Positions 23,841-34,900 of a stretch of DNA of 64,000 nt are shown in pieces. Origin of the DNA: Macrostomum lignano (taxonomy: Eukaryota); NCBI GenBank assembly GCA_002269645.1, contig NIVC01002477.1, forward strand, positions 1 to 64,000. Direction: 5' to 3'. The position numbers and the translations under genes are program-made. Every line of letters starts with the position of its first letter. The stretch's first letter is position 1. A model generated the notes under the pieces. That model was not told where the DNA came from and searched no databases. It was given only the letters and a program-made list of their open reading frames with translations.

Positions 23841-24760
23841 AATGATCAGCTGGTTGGGATTTCAGTGATGCATCAGAGCACATCTGAGCAGGCCCCAAGC
23901 CCATCAGGCGCTGCAGACTCGCACCTTTCATTGTACACCGCAGGACAGATCGAGACACGCGGGTTTCCAGTGAACTTTAATTCCGATCAAATAAGATTGC
24001 GTCAGTCAATCTTAATCTTAACTGTTTAATTGGTTGTTACTTTTCGCATTAACTAAGGCAAGTGCCGCTAGCTAATATTTTATGCAGCTTGTTATTCAGT
24101 TGTGATAGGTAGCAAAAAGGGAATTGTACAATTTTAGAATCTCAAGTTATTCAGCTTTCTGTTGCGCAGATGTAGACACACTACTGCCAAGTAGTAAAGA
24201 ATTGTTTTAATAATTGTTTTGTCAGCAAGAGGTTCGTTTGCGATGCCTAGAAGCCAGTGTATTATGATGTGCTGTGTTTTTGGTTTCCTGTCATTTGCGC
24301 AATTAACTGTATAGATATTAATAGGATGAGCTGTAGTTTCTATTGATGACAGACAGTCAAATGACAGTCAAAGGACTCGCTGTACACCCCGTGCCAGCGT
24401 GTGTACGAGTTGCGTGTCTGTGTACAGTATTTTGGCGCGCTTGTGTCTGCAACTGGGATTTAGTAACTGAGACTATATGATGAAGATCATCCAAAAAATG
24501 GAAATCTCCATGAAGAAAAGTGGCCTGCTAGGCTAAAGAGAGCACACTGAAAAAAGACGAAAGGTAGTAGATAAGGTACCGCGGGATGATTTCCGGGATT
24601 CCGGGATTCTTGCTGCGCGCCAGCTGAGATTGAATTTGGGAATAGATCAGACAGAAGAGGAAAGAGGAGATGAGAGATAAGATGAGAGATGAGAAGAGAG
24701 GAGAGGAGATGAGAGGAGACGGGGAGAGGAGAGAAAAGAGAGAAGAGAAGAGAGGCTTCA

Positions 24761-24801
24761 GGGCCGCATGTAGCCCTCGGGCCGGAGTTCGCCGACCCCT
24801 G
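24761..24801 (-). mobile_element. hAT-type MITE terminus
   Basis: Minus strand CAGGGGTCGGCGAACTCCGGCCCGAGGGCTACATGCGGCCC resembles the common hAT (Charlie-like) end CAGGGGTCGGCAAAC..CGGCCCGCGGGCCACATGCGGCCC; adjoins an AG-rich tract; other end not found. Confidence 0.55.
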
Positions 24802-25077
24802 TGACGTAAAGGATCTTTGTTCTCGCAGTCCTCATTGTTTTGTAGGCCATAGAGTTTATGGTCTGCTAATCTAAATTTTGACAGGTGCTGCGCTTAAATT
24901 CTGGACTGGAACTTTCCGGAACAAACTTTTCGGTCTCCAGTTGTCTTGTAAATTTCAGTTTAAGACTAGCTTTATGTGTTCTTTGATTGCTTTCGCAACG
25001 CCAAAACCTCACTATAAACTGGGTCCCATGATGTCTCGTGATGATGGAGTCTGGAGACAATCATGTATTGGCATGAT

Positions 25078-25310
25078 TGCAGCCTAGTGGTCAGAGCGTC
25101 GGACTCACGACTTGAAGGTCGGGGGTTCGATTCTTGACTCACTCGGAACAATTTGTGTCCTTGAGCAAGACCCTTAACTCTGCATTGCTTCAGTTCACCC
25201 AGCTGTAAAATGGGTGCCAGCATTAGCTGGGGTAATTGAGGGTGTGTGGCGACCCCCCAGTCGATACTTGGACTGAACAGCCGTACGCAGCAGGTGTAAT
25301 CAATTATTAT
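25078..25310 (+). mobile_element. tRNA-derived CORE-type SINE with a 12-bp TSD
   Basis: A-box-like CAGCCTAGTGG (25080) and B-box GGTTCGATTC (25124); CORE-like GTGTCCTTGAGCAAGACCCTTAAC...CAGCTGTAAAATGGG (25155-25214); (ATT)n tail; direct repeat TATTGGCATGAT at 25066-25077 and 25311-25322. Confidence 0.85.
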
Positions 25311-25936
25311 TATTGGCATGATGAAATAGAAGCATCAGAAATAGTTTGACATCAGCAAATAAACTTCGACAGCAGTAACCATACCAACAGAAGTGAATGA
25401 AAAGAACACGATTTTCACTACAATATTTTTCAACAAATTTAAAAAACGCGATATAAAATCTTTTTCGATTTCGATACCGGCTTTATTATATAATGAAACA
25501 ATAGCAATTTAAATCTAATTTAATATCCGAGCAAAGGCCAATGCAGATCACAGCTGCCTTAGGCTTTCATAGATACAAACGGAGGACTTCAGAACTGGAA
25601 TATTTTCAAATTGGAAGATGATTAACAAACCAATCAGCAATCTACGATAACATTTGTTAGAACGCTACTAACAGTAAGCTGTTGGAATATTCGCGGATAA
25701 TTTTAGTTTTCAATAAGTCAACATAATAAAAATCAACTACAAATAATAAATAAACAATTCATAATCTCTAATAGGAATGCCTTATTGAGAAATGTGACCT
25801 GCACAAATATGTATGTGAACTGTAACTAAATAGCTGATCACAGATATTCTTGACAATACACATTACCGCACATTGTCTGAGCTGTTAAAAAGAAGCAATC
25901 CTTATGCTTGGAAGCTTCTGAATGATGCGGACTCTG

Positions 25937-28900
25937 CTACTGCTGGCTCGTGCCCCGCTTGTCATCTGAAATTTATTTAGCAAACCAATTCATTTTTCAG
26001 ATATCAAACCATCATTACAGAATGATAGCTAATAGGAATCTGCACATTATCCACCCAAATCTGCACATTACCCAACACAATCTGCACATTACCCAGCACA
26101 ATCTGCACGTTACCCAATCCATTCTGCACATTACCCAACACAATCTGCACATTACCCACCGCAATCTGCACATTACCCACCCAATCTGCACATTATCCAC
26201 CCCAATCTGCACATTACCCACCCAATCTGCACATCACCCAGCACAATCTGCACATTACCCAATCCATTCTGCACATTACCCAACACAATCTGCACATTAA
26301 CCACCGCAATCTGCACATTACCCACTCCATTCTGCACATTACCCACCGCAATCTGCACATTACCCACCGCAATCTGCACATTACCCAATCCATTCTGCAC
26401 ATTACCCAACACAATCTGCACACTACCCAACACAATCTGCACATTACCCACCGCAATCTGCACATTACCAACCACAATCTGCACATTAACCACCATAATC
26501 TGCACATTACCCCGTCGCTCACCCAAGCCGCGCAGCAGCCTCCGGCTAGTCGGGCTCAACGCGCGATCGGCTTCGCAGCCACCTGCGGTGCCCCGCCTCC
26601 TCCCTTGCAGTCGGTTGTCGCCGGCTTTGCCTTTGATCTGGCCGTCGGCATCGGCGTCGCCGTTACCTTCCCCGGCGCTATCGCCGACTTCGTCGTCGCC
26701 AACGGCCTCCTTGTCAGCCGGCCGGCGGCCCAGCAGGCTCTGGATGTCGGCCAGGGCGGCGCGGATGTCGTCGGCGCCGGCGCCGCCGTTGGATTTGCCT
26801 TCGTCGACAGGTGGCGGCTTTCGGCGAGGCTGCGGCGGCGCCTGCGGCTGTTGCTGGGGCAGCTGCTGGCGAAGCACCTGCTGGCAAGCCGCCAGCTGCG
26901 CACGGAGTCGGCGATTCGCAGCCTCGGCCTGCGTCGGTTTTTTTGAATATTTTAAACAAAGAATCCTCAGATCCCAATCTAGATCCTCAGATCCCAATCT
27001 ATAATCCTCAGATCCGAATCTAAAATCCTCAGATCATAATCTAAAATCCTCAGATCCCAATCTAAAATCCTCAGATCCCAATCTATAATCCTCAGATCCG
27101 AATCTAAAATCCTCAGATCATAATCTAAAATCCTCAGATCCCAATCTAAATTCCTCAGATCCGAATCTAAAATCCTCCGATCAGAATCTAAAATCCTCAG
27201 ATCCCAATCTAAATCCTCCGATCAGAATCTAAAATCCTCAGATCCCAATCTAAAATCCTCAGATCCCAATCTAAATCCTCCGATCAGAATCTAAAATCCT
27301 CAGATCCCAACTTCAAATCCCTGATCAAATGGGATTTGATTTGAGGTTGGGATCATGGAATTTGAGATTGGGATCAAATGGGATTTGATTTTAAATCAAA
27401 TGGGATTTGATTTCAAACTTCAAATCCCCTAATCTAAATCTTAAATCCCATGATTCCAATCTTAAATTTTTAGATCCCTATTTCAAATCCTTAGATCCCA
27501 ATCTAAAATCCCCAGATTTTGCACCTGTCGAGCCGAGTTCGTGGCCTCCTTGCACTGCCTCGCCCAGGTGTCCAGCTCGGCCACCAGCCTCTCGTTGTCA
27601 GCCTCCAGAGCCATCAGCCGGCGCTCCTGCAGCTGTTGCTGCCGGCGTTGCTGCTTTTTGGCCGCGGCAGAGGCGGCCGAGGCGGACGGGGCTGCCTGGT
27701 GACGGCGGGCAGCTGCTGCCGTGGCCTCCTCCGCCTCCTCCTTTGCTTTGAGCGCGTCCCTGGATGGGGAGGACAATTAGCGACGGGTTTGTGCGGGAGT
27801 TCAAACTGGGATTCGAGGTTGGGATCATAGGATTTGAGATTGGGATCATAGGATTTGAGATTGGGATCATAGGATTTGAGATTGGGATCATAGGATTTGA
27901 GATTGGGATCATAGGATTGGAGATTGGGATCATAAGATTTGAGGTTGGGACCATAGGATTTGAGATTGGGATCATATGATTTGAGATTGGGATCATATGA
28001 TTTGAGATTGGGATCATAGGATTTGAGATTGGGATCATAGGATTTGAGATTGGGATCATAGGATTTGAGATTGGGATCATAGGATTTGAGATTGGGATCA
28101 TAGGATTTGAGATTGGGATCATAGGATTTGAGGTTGGGACCATAGGATTTGAGATTGGGATCATAAGATTTGAGGTTGGGATCATAGGATTTGAGATTGG
28201 GATCATATGATTTGAGATTGGGATCATATGATTTGAGATTGGGATCATAGGATTTGAGATTGGGATCATAGGATTTGAGATTGGGATCATAGGATTTGAG
28301 ATTGGGATCATAGGATTTGAGATTGGGATCATAGGATTTGAGATTGGGATCATAGGATTGGAGATTGGGATCATAAGATTTGAGGTTGGGACCATAGGAT
28401 TTGAGATTGGGATCATATGATTTGAGATTGGGATCATATGATTTGAGATTGGGATCATAGGATTTGAGATTGGGATCATAGGATTTGAGATTGGGATCAT
28501 AGGATTTGAGATTGGGATCATAGGATTTGAGATTGGGATCATAGGATTTGAGATTGGGATCATAGGATTTGAGATTGGGATCATAGGATTTGAGATTGGG
28601 ATCATAGGATTTGAGATTGGGATCATATGATTTGAGATTGGGATCATAGGATTTGAGATTGGGATCATAGGATTTAAGAAAGGGATCATGGGACTTGAGA
28701 TTGGGATCATATGATTTGAGATTGGGATCATAGGATTTGAGATTGGGATCATAGGATTTAAGAAAGGGATCATGGGACTTGAGATTGGGATCCAATGGGA
28801 TTTGATACTGCGATAATGGGATTCGAGGTTGGGATCATGGTATTCGAGGTTGGGATCATGGGATTTGAGATAGGGATAATGGGATTGGAGGTTGGGATCA

Positions 28901-31900
28901 TGGGATTCGAGGTAAGGACCATGGGATTTGATATTGGGATCACGAGATTCGAGATAGGGATCATGGGATTTGAGATTGGGATCAACTGGGATTTCAGACC
29001 TAGCCAGAGCCAGCTCCGCCCGGGTGTCCTTCAGTCTGGCGGCGAGTTCGGCCGCCCGCTTGCGCAGCGCCTCGGCCTCCCGGCCGCTGGCCACCCGAGC
29101 AGCTTCAGAGTCGGCCCGCAGCGCGGCCACCTCCAGCCGCGAGTCCTTGAGCTCCAAGTACAGCGAGTCGCGTTCAGCGGCGGCTCGCTCAAGCTCGGCA
29201 ACGCCAAGGCGACCGCGAGACTCCAAAGCCGCCAGCTGGCCGCTGCGGTCCTCGAACAGGCTGACGAGGTGCCTGCGGATGCAAATGGATCGTCGGCTAT
29301 TGAAGTTTGCCACTGTGTTGAAAACTTTGCAGTGTAAACTGCTGTCTCTGTTACAGCTCCAGCTCCCGACTTTTCACCCAGACAGTCAGCCGCGTTCAAA
29401 GCCGATTCTACCCACCGGAAATCCACCCCGAGGCCCCCAAAACCCGCCAGAGAACCCGCCCCTAAACACTCCAGAAAATCCGCCCCTAAACCCTCTAGAG
29501 AATCCGCCCTTAAACCCTCCAGAGAATCCGCCCCTAAACCCTCCAGAGAATCCGCCCCAAACCCGCCAGAGAACCCGCCCCCAAACCCTCCAGAGAATCC
29601 GCCCTTAAACCCTCCAGAGAATAAGCCCTTAAACCCTCCAGAGAATCCGCCCCCAAAACCCTATAGAGAATCCGCCCTTAAACCCTCCAGAGAATCCGCC
29701 CCTAAACCCTCCAGAGAATCCGCCCCAAACCCGCCAGAGAACCCGCCCCCAAAACCCGCCAGAGAACCCGCCCCTAAACACTCCAGAAAATCCGCCCCTA
29801 AACCCTCTAGAGAATCCGCCCTTAAACCCTCCAGAGAATCCGCCCCTAAACCCTCCAGAGAATCCGCCCCAAACCCGCCAGAGAACCCGCCCCCAAACCC
29901 TCCAGAGAATCCGCCCTTAAACCCTCCAGAGAATAAGCCCTTAAACCCTCCAGAGAATCCGCCCCCAAAACCCTATAGAGAATCCGCCCTTAAACCCTCC
30001 AGAGAATCCGCCCCTAAACCCTCCAGAGAATCCGCCCCAAACCCGCCAGAGAACCCGCCCCCAAACCCTCCAGAGAATCCGCCCCTAAACCCGGCAGAGA
30101 TTCCGCCCCCAAACCCTTCAGAAACCTCCCCTAAACCCTCCAGAGAATCCGCCCCTAAACCCGCCAGAGAATCCGCCCCCAAACCCTCCAGAAACCTCCC
30201 CTAAACCCTCCAGAGAATCCGCCCCTAAACCCTCCAGAGAATCCGCCCCTAAACCCGGCAGAAAATCCGCCCCTAAACCCGGCAGAAAACACGCTCCCAG
30301 GCTGCACCTGTAGTCCTCCAGCACGCTCGCCAGCTGCTGCGCCCGCCCAGCCTCCTGCTCATACTGCCTGTCCCGCTCAGCCGCCAGTCTCGCCACCTCC
30401 TCGTCCCGCTGCCGCAGTCGCTCAGTCAGGTGTCGGAGCTCCTCGTTGGAAGCGGACAGCCGCTCCTCAATCTCCAGCCGCTCCTCCGACTGATCGGCGA
30501 GGCGGCGCTCCAGAGCGGCCACGTCGGCTTTAACTGCCTGCAGCTCCTTGGCTTGCAGCTCGCAGCGCTCAGTCTCTGCCGCGAGCTGAGTTGCCAGGCT
30601 GCGGGACTGCGCCTGCGTGTACTGCTGCTCCTCCGCCAGGGCTTTGGTCACCTGATGGGGGCGGGCCGCGATTTCAATGCGTGACGAAGTTGTTAAATTC
30701 TGGAAATCTCACCCTGATATCTCTTAACTGATGATTCAGAAATTTCATCCTGAGATCTATCCATGATGATTCATAAATCTTACGCTTAGATCTCTTTTAA
30801 TGATGATTCAGAAATCTCACCCTGAGATCTCTTTATGATGATTCAGAAATCTCACCCTGAGATCTCTTTATGATGATTAAGAAATTTCACCCTGAGATCT
30901 ATCCATGATGATTCATAAATCTTACCCTTAGATCTCTTTTAATGATGATTCAGAAATCTCACCCTGAGATCTCTTTATGATGATTCAGAAATCTCACCCT
31001 GAGATCTCTTTATGATGATTCAGAAATTTTACCCTGAGATCTATCCATGATGATTCATAAATCTTACCCTTAGATATCTTCTAATGATGATTCAGAAAGC
31101 TCACCCTAAGATCTATTAACTGACGATTCAGAAATCACACCCTGAGATCCATTATACTAAAAATTCTCTTACTGTTGATTCAGAAATCTCAACCTGAAAT
31201 CTATCCACGATGATTCAGAAATCTCACCCTGAGATCTCTTTTAATGATGGTTCAGAAATCTCACCCTAAGATCTCTTACTGTTAATTCAGAAATCTCACC
31301 CTAAGATCTATTAACTGACGATTCAGAAATCTCACCCTGAGATCTATTAACTGACGATTCAGAAATCTCACCCTGAGATCTATTAACTGACGATTCAGAA
31401 ATCTCACCCTTAGATCTCTTACTGTTGAGTCAGAAATCTCACCTTGAGATTATTTTAATAACAATTCAGAAATCTCACCCTGAGATCTCTTACTGATAAT
31501 TCGGAAATCTCACCCTGAGACCCGCCTGTCTCACCTGCTCCTTAGTAAGCGAGTCGGACTCCTCTTTCAGCGCCTCAATCAGGGCCCTGAGTTCGGCCAC
31601 TTCAGTAGACTTGGCAGTCAGTTTAGTCTTGACCTCGTGCAGCTCGGTCTCAGCCGAGTCTCTGGCCTCGGAGAGCTCATCCCGTTCCGCCTTCAACTCT
31701 TCAACCTCAGCCTCGGCGGACTTGAGCCTCGGCTCGATCAGCGCTGACTCTTTGATTGCCTCCTCTCTGAGTCGCTTGGACTCCGCAAGCTCAGTCTGAG
31801 TCGAGTCCAGGCCCGACTCGAGAGCCGATCGCTTCGATTCCCAGGCTTTCCTGTCTCGGTCATAGTCGTCAATTAGGCGGGACAAGGTGGACTCCAGTTC

Positions 31901-34900
31901 GGCCACTCGGCTGGACCGGGAGTCCGCCTTCGAGCGCAGCTGCTCGGCCTCTCGACGGGCGTCTTCGGCTACGAGTTCCAGTCTGCAGTGGCGGAGGGGA
32001 CGTTGAGGAGGGGACTGTTTGATTTACTAATAGTAGTAAGTTGCTTTGTGAGGTGAGAGGGTGAGAGGGTGAGAGGGTGAGAGGATGAGAGGGTGAGAGG
32101 GTGACAGAGTGAGATGGTGAGAGGGTGACAGGGTTACAGGGTGACAGAGTGAGAGGGTGAGAGGGTGACAGGGTGACAGGGTGAGAGGGTGAGAGGGTGA
32201 CAGAGTGAGAGGGTGAGAGGGTGACAGGGTGACAGGGTGAGAGGGTGAGAGGGTGAGAGGGTGACAGAGTGAGAGAGTGAGAGGGTGACAGGGTGAGAGG
32301 GTGAGAGGGTGAGATGGTGACAGGGTGACCGGGTGAGATGGTGAGATGGTGACAGGGTGACAGAGTGAGAGGGTGAGAGGGTGACAGAGTGAGAGGGTGA
32401 CAGGGTGAGAGGGTGACAGGGTGAGAGGGTGACAGGGTGACAGAGTGAGAGGGTGAGATGGTGACAGAGTGAGAGGGTGACAGGGTGAGAGGGTGAGAGG
32501 GTGACCGGGTGAGAGGATGAGATGGTGACAGAGTGAGAGGGTGACAGGGTGAGAGGGTGACAGGGTGAGAGGGTGACAGGGTGACAGAGTGAGAGGGTGA
32601 CAAGGTGAAAGGGTGAGAGGGTGAGAGGGGCGATGGAGGCGAGAGGAGAGGTGGGGCAGCGGAGTTGAGATGCTCAATACAGAATTTGTCAAATTTGACC
32701 TTCTCTGTTCCTCGGCCGATCTGTCCCGCAGTTTCCTGAGCTCGGCCTCGTACTGGTCAGCTGACTCGCTGCACCGGCGTTGCCAGGCGGCCTCCAGCTC
32801 GGACTTCTCGGCCAGGAAGGAGCGGCGCGACTCGGACAGTTCATGCTCCAGAGATCCGATGTCGCGCAGCCGGTCCTCGATCTCAGCTGAGAACTCTTGC
32901 AGGCATCTGGGTAGGGAGGAGAGAGCGCGAATCGTTGAATGGGGATTTTTATAGCAAGACATGTTTTGATTTTTTATAAACCCAGTGAAAAAGAAATCCT
33001 AGGATTTATAAAATCATCTGATTATTTTGACTAGGAAAATTTCAGACAACCTAAAATTGTGATGATTCTAAGCATGGGGAATTCCAAGCAAGGAGAACTC
33101 AAAACAGGGGAAATCATAAACAGGGGAAACCCCAAAAAGGGAAATTTCAAACTTGGAAAACTCCAAGGAGGGGGAATCTCAAGAATGTGGGAATCTGGAG
33201 CATGGGGGAATACCAGTCATGGGGAATTCCAAGCAGGGGAATCTCAATCAGGGCAAATCCTAAGAATGTGGGAATCTCAAGAATGGGGGAATCCCAAGCA
33301 TGTAGAAATTTCATGCAGGGGGAATCTCAAGCATGTGGGAATCTCAAGAATGGGGGAATTCCAAGCAGGGGAATTCAAAGCAGGGGGAATCTTAAATTGG
33401 ATAATTCTAATCATGGGGAATTCCTAGCAGGGGGAATCCCAAGCATGTGGAAATTCCAAGCAAGGGGAAGCCCAAATAGGGGAATTCTAATCATGGGGAA
33501 TTCCAAGCAGGGGGAATCCCAAGAATGAGGGAATGTAGAGTATTATACCTCCCAAGAAACGTCATACAAATTGTTAACATACTACTTCTACATTTTTATT
33601 CAGTAGTATACTAAGTAGCATGTATAAAATTAAGTACTGAATCACAGATATATTTTAATCAACCAATCACAAGAGAGTAAAGTCAAACATGTTACTTTTT
33701 GCAACCGACCAATCACGTGTGACCTACAATTATCAGTTCAAACCCCATCTGCGATTCATCATTAGGCGTGCACCCGGATGAACCAATCAAAGGTAACCAA
33801 AAATAACCCAGCTACAGTAACCAATACGCGCGCTTACACTAGACTAGTGGCCTAACTTTCTACCCTGTCATGCTTGACAGCAACCAAAGCGTGACCCTTT
33901 GACATTTACGAAAAAGGTGATGGACGACCTCGCGAGGGGTCCGCGTTTGCCTATAAATACAAGTGGTACGTAGCGGACCCGGAGCCAACAACCGAACCTC
34001 CAGAAGGAGGAGCTCCGAAGAGGAAGCCTTAGGAGGACTTCCTGCAGACCAATTAGTCAATCAAGACTCGGCTGAGTTTCTGTGGTAAGCCTTACTCATT
34101 TGCGCCGGTTGTTTGAGTCGACTCATTATTGTTGTTGAGTTTGAGTCTATTGAGACTCCATTGGTTGTAGTCTCCAGAAGGACTACCCTGATAGATCTTA
34201 GAGGACTATCAGTGATTACCGGAGCTATACCTAGAGTGCATTAAGGCACTGCTAGAAGGAGAAGGCTTAACTGAAACCGCAGTACGGCGCAGGGATCCCA
34301 TTGTTAATACAAAGCTTCTGATTGGTTCGAATGACAGATTCCAGCCGGAAACGACTTCATTGGAAGTAAAGAGGAACCTGGACCAGGACAACTAAATCTA
34401 GACGTCTAAACTGATTGAAACTACGCAAAGGAAGAGCTCTCCAAAACAGGACTCAAAGTAATAAATACCTTCATTTGATTACTGGGTTGCCTAGCAGTAG
34501 CTAGAAGTGATTGTTCTTTGATTACTGAGAAAGGTCTTAGTAATAAGGAACACATCAGGAATTCCAAGCAGGGGGAATCCCAAGCAGGGGGAATCCCAAG
34601 CAGGGGAATCCCAAGCAGGGGGAATCCCAAGCAGGGGAATCCCAAGCAGGGGGAATCCCAAGCAGGGGGAATCCCAAGCAGGGGGAATCCCAAGCAGGGG
34701 GAATCCCAAGCAGGGGAATCCCAAGCAGGGGGAATTCCAAGCAGGGGGAATTCCAAGCAGGGGGAATCCCAAGCAGGGGAATCCCAAGCAGGGGGAATCC
34801 TAAGTACTGGGAGAGTGGAATTCCAAGAACGCCTACCTCTCCAGTGTGGTCGCCAGCACGCCGTCTTCCTGTTGCGACACAGGCTCGCCCTCGACGAACG

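Noticed and set aside
25078-25140. Possible tRNA gene
   Set aside because: A and B boxes are followed by a CORE domain and tail within a TSD, with no cloverleaf 3' end or T-run terminator; it is a SINE head.
29420-30290. Telomere-like CCCTAAA in each unit of the intron 8 array
   Set aside because: Only one heptamer per unit of about 24 bp, never in tandem; not an interstitial telomere.
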